A stretch of DNA of 64,000 bases, taken from contig OZ245003.1 of NCBI GenBank assembly GCA_965223425.1, forward strand, positions 1,632,001 to 1,696,000, in the 5' to 3' direction. The stretch is from Nitrosopumilus sp. (lineage in GTDB: Archaea > Thermoproteota > Nitrososphaeria > Nitrososphaerales > Nitrosopumilaceae). Below the pieces are notes generated by a model. The model was given only the letters and a program-made list of their open reading frames with translations. It was not told where the DNA came from and ran no database searches. Of the stretch, positions 43,313 to 52,909 are shown piece by piece (within the stretch, counting starts at the first letter, position 1; each line of letters starts with the position of its first letter). Both the position numbers and the translations under genes were made by a program.

Positions 43313-43740
43313 TTCTCACAAAGGAGATGATTATGGTTTTTGGGTTTGTCACAGTCATTGGCGGGGTGGCCATGGCACTCATTGTCTCTGATTTTCATGG
43401 GTCCGTAGGAGGAATTGTGCTGGATGTGCATGTCAATGCACATCTGGTAGTCGACAATGTGATAGTGCTGGACTATACCGTATACAACACCGGAACAACT
43501 GAAATATCCAGCGTTGATATAATTGTCAACTGCTTTGGGGGCGATGTGAAGGTTGGAAAACTGCGGCCGGGGGAATCCGTATCCGTATCTCCTGATGATA
43601 CTGAATATCTCAAACACGACCCTGCCAAATGTCCCGGTTTGCCGCCGTCAGGTGGCGATGCCATAATTGTAAAGTTTGAGGCAACGGACAGCCTTGGAAA
43701 CAGCGACGCATTTACAAAAAACGTCATTCTCAGGGGATGA
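43309..43740 (+). CDS. Archaeal type IV pilin-like protein
   Basis: MILTKE + hydrophobic helix; YTVYNTGT..L.PGES. Confidence 0.6.
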   Translation: MILTKEMIMVFGFVTVIGGVAMALIVSDFHGSVGGIVLDVHVNAHLVVDNVIVLDYTVYNTGTTEISSVDIIVNCFGGDVKVGKLRPGESVSVSPDDTEYLKHDPAKCPGLPPSGGDAIIVKFEATDSLGNSDAFTKNVILRG

Positions 43741-43744
43741 ACCT

Positions 43745-43979
43745 GATGGCATGACGGCCTGCAAATGCGGTTTGTTTATGGACATGGATATTGTCGCTGC
43801 CATGAACATATCACGCAAGCTGCCCCCCAGGTTTAGGGGCAGTAGAGGTGGCATATGTGAAGCGCAGTCCGGCACTTTTGAGCAGGCGATTACGGAATCC
43901 GGCACACCATTGGCAGTCCGAATAGCCGATATGTCAAAGTCAAGTTATAGGGGTCAACTCCCGATAACTTTACAGAACC
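43745..43979 (+). mobile_element. TnpB (IS200/IS605-like) 3' remnant with right end
   Basis: CKCGLFMDMDIVAAMNI (Zn finger/RuvC-III); 3' part repeated at 54025-54120. Confidence 0.7.
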
Positions 43980-44050
43980 ACAAATAACATATCAAAAAGT
44001 GATTCCCTACACCGGCATAAATTAACCCCTTTAATACAAATCATCTCTGT

Positions 44051-45910
44051 ATGGTTGTGGCAAAGAGACAGATAAAAAAGGAGGAGATAAAGTCACTGGC
44101 GCTGCATCCACTGAACATCAGATATGCCTCAGAGGAGTCAGTCCATGGAACCACCGAGCTTGACTCGATACTGTACAAGTATTCCGATTTAATCAACTCC
44201 ATCTCAAGGCCGCTGACAATTGATGCCGTAAAGGACTATGAGACGCTGATGTTCAACAAGACCCCCCATTTGTGCAACTTTGACCGCGTGATATTCAACT
44301 CCTCTGAAAACCTAGAGCCCATGCTGCACTCAAACTCGATGGAATTTTATCCAGTAGAGACAAGAAAGTGGGAGGTCGAAAAGGAACTCTCAGACCACAT
44401 GGTGCTGGCGGGGGGAATGCACTGCAAGATGTACACCCTTACAAACATGCATGCCGAGCTGCCGCCCGGATGGATTTACGAGCCGTTTTCCAATTCCGAT
44501 TTTCTGAGAATATTCATCAAGCCCGTCCCAAAGGAAAGGCACCTAAAGACAATCAACTCACACAAGTCACTGCAGGCCACCAGGAGCTCGGCCGAAGACA
44601 TGGACCAAACTGACGACGTGGCGGCAATCAGGGAGCTTGTACTGAATGCAAAGACTGACAACCTGTTCTCAGTTATAATCAATGCGGGAATTCTGGGGAT
44701 TGATGCCGAATCCATGCAGGAGAAAATAAAGGAGTTTGAGGCCTCTGACAACAAAAACAGAACAGAGATGTACTCCATGAAGAACGTGCAGTCAAAGTTT
44801 CTGCGCGGACAGATGGGACAGAAGCACCTGATGGTCCGCAGCTCAATGCCCGCACTCATTCCGTTTGTAACATCGGAGATTTATGAGGACGGCGGATGTC
44901 TCCTGGGGCGCAACATGATTACCGGCAACCCGGTAAAGTGGGACATCAACCAGAGGATCAACAGGAATACAGTCCTGGCAGCAACGTCGGGTTCCGGCAA
45001 GACCACCCTTGCAATGATGATAATCCACGCGTTTGAGAAGATGTATCCGGACACCTTCATCTTCGTGATTGATCCCGAATCCGAGTACAGGGCCTTGTCT
45101 GACAACATGGGATTCCATTATTTGGACTATTCATCGGGAACAAAGCTCGGGTTTGACGTGTTCAAGATGGTGGCAGACCCCATCTCGGCGGTAGAGACGC
45201 TCTGCGATGTGCTGCAGGTGCCCTCACTTGATCGGACCCTGCCGTTCCAGGCGGCGGCCAGGATGTCGATCAGAAAGGAGGACAGGGACTTTTTCAAGTT
45301 TTATGATGAACTGGTAAAGCTGGAGGAGGGCTCCCATGGCGCCACGCCATCGCAGTATTTCTCAATTCTGGCCGAGCCGCCATTCAATACGCTGCTGCAG
45401 GGCAGGCCGCCAACTGACAACAAGATTGTACTCTCACTCAAAAACATAGGAAGTGCGGGAGGCGCGGTGCAGAGAATTATCACGCAGATTGCCCTGGCAT
45501 ACGCGATGGGAAAGTCGCTGATGATGCCCAAGATTGTGCCAAAGCTCTTCATGTTGGACGAGGTCTGGATGCTTCTCCAGCACGAATCCCTTGGAAACTA
45601 CATACAGAACCTCTCAAGGCGCGGAAGAAAATACAACATAAACATGATGATGGCATCGCAGAACATCGAGGACATGACAGAGAACCCGGCGGCAAGAAAC
45701 GTGCTGGTCAATTCGGACACGGTGATGTTTCTGAGGCAGTCTGAAACCACTCTAAAGTCCCTTGTCACGCATTTCGTGCTGTCTTCGGAGGCTGCAACTA
45801 CTCTGATGCGGCTGAAGGTGGGGCAGGCGATGATAAAATTCGGGAATAGCATGGTACCGGCAAACGTAATGCCCGACGAGGAGCAGCTCAAGCTCTTCAA
45901 GCCAAAGTGA
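44051..45910 (+). CDS. virB4: VirB4-like conjugation ATPase
   Basis: ATSGSGKTT, VIDPESEY, LDEVW, RRGRKY, ASQNIED. Confidence 0.85.
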   Translation: MVVAKRQIKKEEIKSLALHPLNIRYASEESVHGTTELDSILYKYSDLINSISRPLTIDAVKDYETLMFNKTPHLCNFDRVIFNSSENLEPMLHSNSMEFYPVETRKWEVEKELSDHMVLAGGMHCKMYTLTNMHAELPPGWIYEPFSNSDFLRIFIKPVPKERHLKTINSHKSLQATRSSAEDMDQTDDVAAIRELVLNAKTDNLFSVIINAGILGIDAESMQEKIKEFEASDNKNRTEMYSMKNVQSKFLRGQMGQKHLMVRSSMPALIPFVTSEIYEDGGCLLGRNMITGNPVKWDINQRINRNTVLAATSGSGKTTLAMMIIHAFEKMYPDTFIFVIDPESEYRALSDNMGFHYLDYSSGTKLGFDVFKMVADPISAVETLCDVLQVPSLDRTLPFQAAARMSIRKEDRDFFKFYDELVKLEEGSHGATPSQYFSILAEPPFNTLLQGRPPTDNKIVLSLKNIGSAGGAVQRIITQIALAYAMGKSLMMPKIVPKLFMLDEVWMLLQHESLGNYIQNLSRRGRKYNINMMMASQNIEDMTENPAARNVLVNSDTVMFLRQSETTLKSLVTHFVLSSEAATTLMRLKVGQAMIKFGNSMVPANVMPDEEQLKLFKPK

Positions 45911-48627
45911 TGACACCGGTCAGTAACGACTATTCCGTGATTGGGTACGTCGGGGACAATGCGGATTCGGGCAGGCCTGTGGGGAAGAAAACCGGCAACC
46001 GGCATTCCGGGACGGAATGCGCCGGGGAGAGGATGCTCTCCATTCCAAACAAAATCAGGCAGAACTTTGCAATTTTCGGGGAGATTGGTTCGGGCAAGTC
46101 CTCGATACTGCGGCTGCTGATACTCCAGGACATCCAGGCCGGGAGGGGGTTTCTCCTGGCTGAAAACCACAACGAGCTGTCAAGGGAGATACTCTCAATG
46201 ATTCCGCCCGACCAGTACCACAAAATCGTGTATGTTAATCTGACATCGCTGAGAAAATGGGACAAGACGATGCGCTTTAATCCGCTGCGGTGCGATGATC
46301 CGGTGGATTCTGGGATGGTGGCGCTGACATTCACCGAATGCATGGCAAGGGCGTTTTCTGACTCGTGGGGGGCGCGTGTCGAGACGTGCACCAGGAACGG
46401 CGCCCTTGCAACGATTGGCACGTCAAGCAATACCATCGGAGTCATGCTGAAGCTGCTCACTGACAAGGCCTACCGGGAGGCCTTTGTTCCGACCATACAG
46501 AACAAGCAGGCAAGGGACTTTTTTCTCCACGTGTACGACGAGCAGTATCCAAAGGAGGCAGGAGGTGTCGTCTTCAACAAGCTTAACAAAATGATGACAA
46601 TCCCGGAGATGGATGCGATGTTCAACACCAGCAAGTCGTCAATTGACTTTGCCAAAATAATCGATGAGGGAATGTACGTCATACTTGATTTTGGCGGAGG
46701 CCTCCCCGATGATATGGTACGGTTTCTCGGAAACGTCTTCATGCACCTGTTCTATACCACATACAGGAAGAGGGTCAAGGAGCCTGACGGCACCTACAGG
46801 CCGTTTAACCTGTATCTGGACGAGGTGCAGACGTTCTCGCCATCAATGATTCGTGAGCTGCTCAATACCGTGAGAAAATACGGCATCAAAATGACGGTGG
46901 CAACGCAGTCGGTATCTGCACTGGACAGGGACCTCTCCGACGAGATTGCCACGCTGTGCCGCGCAATTGCGTGCTTTAGGTGCGACGTAAAGACTGCCGC
47001 ACACCTCAAGGCCATACTTCCGTGTACCGTGGAGAAGCAGCAGGCACTGTCATGGCACGTCTTCTCGTTTTATTCCGGAGGGGATTCGCCAATAAAGGCA
47101 GTAGCCAGGACAAGACACCTGCAGGTAGCGCAGAGGTGGGAGCAGGCGGCAAGATCCAGCGTGGAGAGGCTTGGGGAGTTTGTCTCACTGGAGAAATACT
47201 ACAACCAGTCCGGAGGAAACGCCGAGGTGTTGCTGTCCCCGCTCGAGTTTGGAATACTGAACTACCTTCGCATGGAGAACAGGGACGTTTCACGGGACGA
47301 GATAACCAAGGTCATGACAAGAAGGTACAGGACTGATGCCAGAACAGTGGCTTCTGCGATAAATGACACGCTGATTGACTCGCACCATTTTGTCGAAAAG
47401 CACGACATACTCACCGATGACGGGGACAGCAACTTTGAGTCGAGGTACTCTGTCACGTCCACTGCAATCAAGATTGTATTCTCAAAGGCGGCCTCGGGCA
47501 GACGTGCGGGAGGGGACATGCACCTTGCAATGATATTCATGATTCAGGACGTGCAGATGAACCTCGGAAATTACTGCGTTGTGGACAGGGGGACTGGCGC
47601 TGCAAGGCATGCCGACCTGCTGATGTTTTCCCCAGAGAAGATAAGGGACGGCGAGGGAAATGAGATAGCATACCACCCTCACGAGTGGTCAAAGGATATA
47701 ATCGCAGTAGAGGTGGAGACTGCCCCTGGAAAGCACATGGAGCAGGTAGTCACAAACTACAAGAAAAACCACGAAATGGGATACTTTTTGCAGTTTGTAG
47801 TTTTTTCAGAAAGTGACAAGGAGAAGATAGTCAACGCGTTCAGACACGCAAAGATAGGCCAAAAGGAATACTCCATCACGGTCATGAACACGGGCATTCT
47901 GACCTCAGTGGATATGAACTCTGAATCAGTAAGGCAGTTCAGCCCGATACAGACATCGATATTTTCCATTCTGTTAAACGCCGGCGGAATGGCAGCAGAG
48001 CAGTACATCATTGACAACTCATGGAGACACGAGCCAAAACATATCATGGAAACCCTTGCCTCCATGGCAAAGAAGGGCGAGCTTGGGTCTGAGGAGAGGC
48101 AGATCCAGAACCCGTCCAATCCCGATGATCCGTCCGACAAAAAGACAGTAAGGATGTGGAAGCTGGCAGGATACTCTTCCTCTGCAAACAAGAAAAAAGA
48201 CGAAGAGAAAAGAGACGGCGTGGCACCAAAGCTGACAGAGGACACATTTTCCGTATCACGACCTGAGCCGATGGGGCTGTACAGCAGGGACCACTATGAT
48301 CCCGATCCTGGGAAAAAAGACAGGGGGACAGAAGAGGACTCGGAAGCGAAGGGAATGGTACGGCAGTCTGTGAGGGGGGCATGTCCACAGAAAGACAAGG
48401 ATACGGAACCGGAGAAGGCCACGGAACGGAATCATGATGACATCTACCGGGATCTTGATGAGAACATGCTGCTTGACATTTTCATCGCACACGACGTAAA
48501 CGACGAAAAAGAGGACATGCGGAGAATAAGGGAGGTGCTCAATGTGCGCGGGTTCTGCATCAAGCGGCGCGGCCACAACAACTTTTTTGTTGCAAAGATT
48601 CCAAAAAAGAAAAATTCCTCAAGGTGA
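45907..48627 (+). CDS. VirD4/TraG-like coupling protein with C-terminal wHTH and PD-(D/E)XK-like extension
   Basis: FGEIGSGKS, FNPL, YLDEVQTF, RKYGI..ATQS; C-terminal H..ADLL..IAVEVET. Confidence 0.78.
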   Translation: MMTPVSNDYSVIGYVGDNADSGRPVGKKTGNRHSGTECAGERMLSIPNKIRQNFAIFGEIGSGKSSILRLLILQDIQAGRGFLLAENHNELSREILSMIPPDQYHKIVYVNLTSLRKWDKTMRFNPLRCDDPVDSGMVALTFTECMARAFSDSWGARVETCTRNGALATIGTSSNTIGVMLKLLTDKAYREAFVPTIQNKQARDFFLHVYDEQYPKEAGGVVFNKLNKMMTIPEMDAMFNTSKSSIDFAKIIDEGMYVILDFGGGLPDDMVRFLGNVFMHLFYTTYRKRVKEPDGTYRPFNLYLDEVQTFSPSMIRELLNTVRKYGIKMTVATQSVSALDRDLSDEIATLCRAIACFRCDVKTAAHLKAILPCTVEKQQALSWHVFSFYSGGDSPIKAVARTRHLQVAQRWEQAARSSVERLGEFVSLEKYYNQSGGNAEVLLSPLEFGILNYLRMENRDVSRDEITKVMTRRYRTDARTVASAINDTLIDSHHFVEKHDILTDDGDSNFESRYSVTSTAIKIVFSKAASGRRAGGDMHLAMIFMIQDVQMNLGNYCVVDRGTGAARHADLLMFSPEKIRDGEGNEIAYHPHEWSKDIIAVEVETAPGKHMEQVVTNYKKNHEMGYFLQFVVFSESDKEKIVNAFRHAKIGQKEYSITVMNTGILTSVDMNSESVRQFSPIQTSIFSILLNAGGMAAEQYIIDNSWRHEPKHIMETLASMAKKGELGSEERQIQNPSNPDDPSDKKTVRMWKLAGYSSSANKKKDEEKRDGVAPKLTEDTFSVSRPEPMGLYSRDHYDPDPGKKDRGTEEDSEAKGMVRQSVRGACPQKDKDTEPEKATERNHDDIYRDLDENMLLDIFIAHDVNDEKEDMRRIREVLNVRGFCIKRRGHNNFFVAKIPKKKNSSR

Positions 48628-48745
48628 CCATTTCTCGCATATGTGCCGCCGGTCAGAAGATACGGCCGGGCGCAATTTGATTTGGGGAATATCCGTATTG
48701 AGTGGCAAATTTTCGCTTTAAATTCTAATTGTAACAGCAGATACA

Positions 48746-49120
48746 ATGATAGCAAAAAACAAGGGCGATGACATAAGCGATGCGTTTCGTGGACCTGTCG
48801 GATACTTTGCAATAGCGTTGATTGTGATTGGAGCTGCATCAGCATATGCAAATACATTAGGAGCGGGCGACGATACACCAACAGCACCAGACAAGCCCAT
48901 ATTTGGATTTATCACCAATGCCATTAATGAGTTCAGATACGTTCTTGACATTGTTGTTCCGGTGGTGATTATTGCCGGTGCGGTCATGATAGGACTTACG
49001 CTGAGACTTGACAGCACACACACAAACCAGAAAAGACTGCGATATCCATGTAAGTTGACGCTTTCACGTGCGGCACGCATGGCCAATTCACCAATATTAT
49101 TGATAAAGCGTCATTTTTGA
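48746..49120 (+). CDS. Possible VirB2/TrbC-like conjugative pilin
   Basis: Signal ending AYA, then amphipathic and hydrophobic helices; follows the VirB4/VirD4 genes. Confidence 0.4.
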   Translation: MIAKNKGDDISDAFRGPVGYFAIALIVIGAASAYANTLGAGDDTPTAPDKPIFGFITNAINEFRYVLDIVVPVVIIAGAVMIGLTLRLDSTHTNQKRLRYPCKLTLSRAARMANSPILLIKRHF

Positions 49121-49512
49121 AATTGGCACTGATATCAATATTTTTTATCTCATTTTTGTCAGCAGTATATGCGGTATTTCTAGACGGAATGATGGAGGAA
49201 TACGGGGTTTTTGTGGCCCTGGGAATTTACGGCGCGGCCTTTGCGGCTGATTTTCTTTCCACCATATTCGCGCAGGACGCACAAAAGAGGGAAAAGAATC
49301 CCATCGCAAGATACATGTCAAAATTTGTCGGGTTTCGCACGTCACTTGTCCTGGTCGGGGCAGTCGGTCTCTCAATACAGATTGTGGCGTATCTTGTGAC
49401 AGGCAACATGATAGTCACATACCTTATGGCGGTACTGCACGCATATGCCGCCTTTTCAAATCTGTGGCATCAAAAATCCGCCTCAAATACAAAACATGTT
49501 GAAACATTGTGA
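49117..49512 (+). CDS. DUF5658-like membrane protein
   Basis: ADFLST..REKNPIARY with TM helices. Confidence 0.5.
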   Translation: MKLALISIFFISFLSAVYAVFLDGMMEEYGVFVALGIYGAAFAADFLSTIFAQDAQKREKNPIARYMSKFVGFRTSLVLVGAVGLSIQIVAYLVTGNMIVTYLMAVLHAYAAFSNLWHQKSASNTKHVETL

Positions 49513-50018
49513 ACATGAACAAGATAAAAATTGTAAATGTCGTGGCAAAGGCGGTGATTGCGGGCCATGACAACAACACAATACTAAAGACCGTAAGAAA
49601 TGCAGAATACCGCCCGAACAATTTTCCCGCGATCGGAATAAAGACTGCAAAGGCAAAGATATGGCTGTACAATTCCGGGAAGGTGACATCGACTGGGACA
49701 AATTCCATGGATGAGGCACTTGTCAGCATAACTGACTTTGTGCATGAGATGGCGAGGCTTGGCATGTCAATCAAGATGATATCAGAGCCGAGGGTCGTGC
49801 TGGTCGTGGCCAACGTCTTTGTCTCAAAGAAGCTTGACATCATAAAGATGCGGCACATGGTAAAGTCGTCGCAGCCGAGGTTTACGTCGCGTACCGTGCA
49901 GTTTGGCGACGGAAAACATGCAAGAATCTATGACAACAACGCCGTGATTGCCAGTGCGTCCTCCATAGACGGGATCATTGAGATCGTAAAGAAGCTTGAA
50001 AAATACCAGATGGAATGA
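49509..50018 (+). CDS. tbp: Divergent TATA-binding protein homologue
   Basis: IKIVNVVA..NAEYRPNNFPAI..KIWLYNSGKVTSTGTNS (repeat 1); degenerate repeat 2. Confidence 0.8.
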   Translation: MNMNKIKIVNVVAKAVIAGHDNNTILKTVRNAEYRPNNFPAIGIKTAKAKIWLYNSGKVTSTGTNSMDEALVSITDFVHEMARLGMSIKMISEPRVVLVVANVFVSKKLDIIKMRHMVKSSQPRFTSRTVQFGDGKHARIYDNNAVIASASSIDGIIEIVKKLEKYQME

Positions 50019-50218
50019 GAATTTTACGGTTAAATACAAATCTGTTACGTGACTTTGTGCATATACCACGTACATGTCCCAAATGCGGTGGAGAGATGTA
50101 CTGTGCGTCTTATGTCGTTATAATTGCACTCCTTAGGGAGAGGAACTGGCATGTCTGCAAAAAGTGCGGGTTTGAGCAGAATGTTGAGAGGTTTAAGAAC
50201 ACGCTGTTTTGCAGGTGA
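50015..50218 (+). CDS. Small zinc-ribbon protein
   Basis: CPKCGG..CKKCG; overlaps the tbp stop. Confidence 0.6.
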   Translation: MRILRLNTNLLRDFVHIPRTCPKCGGEMYCASYVVIIALLRERNWHVCKKCGFEQNVERFKNTLFCR

Positions 50219-50472
50219 TGTATGTTTTGAAAATAAAAAATCGTGTTACAATGCCGCACAGAAACCACAAAAGGAGGAATCCATAATGATATGACAAGGA
50301 CGATGCGAGGCGTCATGACCGATTGCATCTATGAAGAGGCGTCTGCAGAAATATTTTATGGCAGAAAAGACCCGTGCAAAATGCGCCCGCATGATGTGGT
50401 CAAAACGTCGGCAAGCAGAGAAAAAACAACGAAGAGCGAAAATTTCTTGACGAATCCTGAGAAAATGACAGG

Positions 50473-50944
50473 ATTTCCGTAACGAAAAAGTTACGGCCCC
50501 ATTGAAGCCTTTACGTGAATAGTGAATCTAAGGATGCCTGCTCATTTCCGTAACGAAAAAGTTACGGCCCCATTGAAGCCGCCGGAACGCACATCAAATC
50601 CATATTTCAGGAAAGAATTTCCGTAACGAAAAAGTTACGGCCCCATTGAAGCGACTTTACTAAAATCCAAAATAAGCGGAATGTAACGGATTTCCGTAAC
50701 GAAAAAGTTACGGCCCCATTGAAGCGTCATGATGATTTAGGATTAAAACCAGTGTAGAGTAATTTCCGTAACGAAAAAGTTACGGCCCCATTGAAGCAAA
50801 ATGCCGCTCAGGCATCTTGATCCGGCGGCCAAAAAATTTCCGTAACGAAAAAGTTACGGCCCCATTGAAGCCATCATAGGAACCCCAGGATCAGGCAAGA
50901 CTACACTGATTTCCGTAACGAAAAAGTTGCGGCCCCATTGAGGC
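50473..50944 (+). CRISPR. CRISPR array, 7 x 36-bp repeats and 6 spacers (35-38 bp), type I-G(I-U)-like
   Basis: ATTTCCGTAACGAAAAAGTTACGGCCCCATTGAAGC at 50473, 50544, 50617, 50690, 50762, 50836, degenerate copy at 50909; CCGTAAC/GTTACGG hairpin. Confidence 0.97.
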
Positions 50945-51032
50945 AAACGGCCCCGATATCTCTGTCAAATCCAGTCATCAAAAAACACAGATGACAAAAT
51001 ATCTATTTATACCAAAAAATTCAGACAATCAT

Positions 51033-51608
51033 GTGTTCGGCAAGAAAAAGGAAGGGAAGGACAAGGATCAAATTATAGACGAGAATGAATCCGAAAAAAT
51101 CAGGGACAGGCTTGATCCTGGCGAGAGCATAATAATGTCGGCAAGGCAGTCCCGCATAAGACCGGGAGGTGCGGCTGCCATAAATCCAAACACAATTTTC
51201 ATCACGGAAAAACGCGTGATAATCAGAAACCCGATACGCCTGGGATACGGCGAGCACATCGAGGAATACTATTACCACCAGATAACAAACGTGAGGCTGG
51301 AGAAGGGACTGTTCTCCTCATCGCTTGTGTTTGCAATTCCCGGACTGACGGAAATATCAAAGAGCGACCGCAAACTTGTTCCGTGGGGAAGGGACTCTGA
51401 GGGAGTTATAGATGCCATCCAAAAGGAGATTGCAGAAAAAATGTATGACTATATCAGGGAAAGAATCAAATCTGAAAAGAGTAAAAAGGACGGCCAATCG
51501 CAACAATACTCCGGCGACGAAGATCCAATAAAAATTCTCAAGGCAAGGTACGCACGAGGGGAAATCTCAAAGGACGAGTTTGAATCGATGAAAAAGGATT
51601 TGGAATAG
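51033..51608 (+). CDS. Bacterial PH domain + SHOCT protein, paralogue 1
   Basis: IFITEKRVII; DPIKILKARYARGEISKDEFESMKKDL; GTG start 27 nt after TTTATA. Confidence 0.8.
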   Translation: MFGKKKEGKDKDQIIDENESEKIRDRLDPGESIIMSARQSRIRPGGAAAINPNTIFITEKRVIIRNPIRLGYGEHIEEYYYHQITNVRLEKGLFSSSLVFAIPGLTEISKSDRKLVPWGRDSEGVIDAIQKEIAEKMYDYIRERIKSEKSKKDGQSQQYSGDEDPIKILKARYARGEISKDEFESMKKDLE

Positions 51609-51741
51609 TCAGTCACGGTGTTTGGTGCAAAGGGACGGTCCAATCACTAGAATACATCATCCCATGTAGTAATAATTGATGTTATGATCTTCCCTCTTCT
51701 GCAAAAAACCCGTCTTTTATCCAACGTACATACGCGATTGC

Positions 51742-52179
51742 GTGAACGTTGAGATAGTTCCCGCAGGCGTAAAGGATGCGTGCGACTTTTACAGGCTGGA
51801 GGCCAAATGCTTTGGGATGGACGAGAATCCCGACACGCTGTACTTTTGGGTTCCGATACTAGAGCATCAACACTGCTACAAGGCAGTTTGTGGCGGTTCC
51901 CTGGTTGGCGGAATAGTGTCAATGCCGACACGCGACAAAAGATGGTACATCAACTCGCTGTTTGTCGATCCAATGTACAGAAGAAAAAAAATAGCAAGCG
52001 GGCTTTTGGGGAAGATAGTCGGCATTGCACGGTGCGACATCGTACTTGATGTCAAGACAGACAGGCCCCATCTTGTCGAATTCTACCAGGAGCGCGGGTT
52101 CAAAAAGGAAAAGACGTCAGTCGGGCACTATTACGACGGTTCCGACCGGTTCATAATGCAAAAAGCACACCCAAACTAG
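51742..52179 (+). CDS. GNAT N-acetyltransferase (RimI-like)
   Basis: LFVDPMYRRKKIA, FYQERGF, HYYDGSD. Confidence 0.85.
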   Translation: MNVEIVPAGVKDACDFYRLEAKCFGMDENPDTLYFWVPILEHQHCYKAVCGGSLVGGIVSMPTRDKRWYINSLFVDPMYRRKKIASGLLGKIVGIARCDIVLDVKTDRPHLVEFYQERGFKKEKTSVGHYYDGSDRFIMQKAHPN

Positions 52180-52338
52180 CCATCTTGCCTGCATCTGTGT
52201 CTATCAGAGGCCGCATCCCATCCATAATGCCAAATTCAAAATCCACACAGGGACACGAATCCCAATTCAATGGAAACGGCGCATTCATCAGACAGCATGC
52301 CAAAATCAGGTTTATAACAAAACATGGCAGGCAGGTGC

Positions 52339-52899
52339 GTGTTTGGAAAAAAAGACAAGAACCAGATAATAGACGCAAAAGAGTCTGAAAAAATCAGAGA
52401 GAGGCTTGATTCTGATGAAACCATTGTAATGTCGGCAAGGCAGTCCAGGATAAAGCCCGGAGGCGCCGCCGCCGTAACTCCCAACACCATATTTGTGACA
52501 GAAAAGCGGGTAATAATCAGAAACCCGACACGTCTGGGGTTCGGAGAGAACATCGAGGAATACTATTTCCGCCAGATCACAAACATCAGGCTGGAGAAGG
52601 GCATATTCTCCTCGTCGATTGTGCTTGCAATTCCCGGACTGACTGAAATCTCAAAGTATGACAGAAAGCTCACCATGTGGGGCAGGGAATCCGAAGGGGT
52701 GATAGATGCCATACCAAAGGAGATTGCAGAAAAAATATATGATTATGTCAGAAGGAAGATCAATGAAGCCAAGGAGAAAAAGAACATTCCATCCAGTCAT
52801 TCGGCCGGGAACAGCCCCATGAGAATTCTCCAGTCAAGGTATGCGCGAGGAGAAATCTCAAAGGGCAAGTTTGAATCGATGAAAAAGGATTTGGAATAG
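52339..52899 (+). CDS. Bacterial PH domain + SHOCT protein, paralogue 2
   Basis: Highly similar to 51033-51608. Confidence 0.8.
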   Translation: MFGKKDKNQIIDAKESEKIRERLDSDETIVMSARQSRIKPGGAAAVTPNTIFVTEKRVIIRNPTRLGFGENIEEYYFRQITNIRLEKGIFSSSIVLAIPGLTEISKYDRKLTMWGRESEGVIDAIPKEIAEKIYDYVRRKINEAKEKKNIPSSHSAGNSPMRILQSRYARGEISKGKFESMKKDLE

Positions 52900-52909
52900 A
52901 GCAGTCAAA

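Noticed and set aside
44971-45010. Self-targeting of virB4 by spacer 6
   Set aside because: Only a short GGCAAGAC block matches; too many mismatches for a protospacer
50243-50482. 79-aa ORF before the array
   Set aside because: Runs into the first repeat; more likely the CRISPR leader
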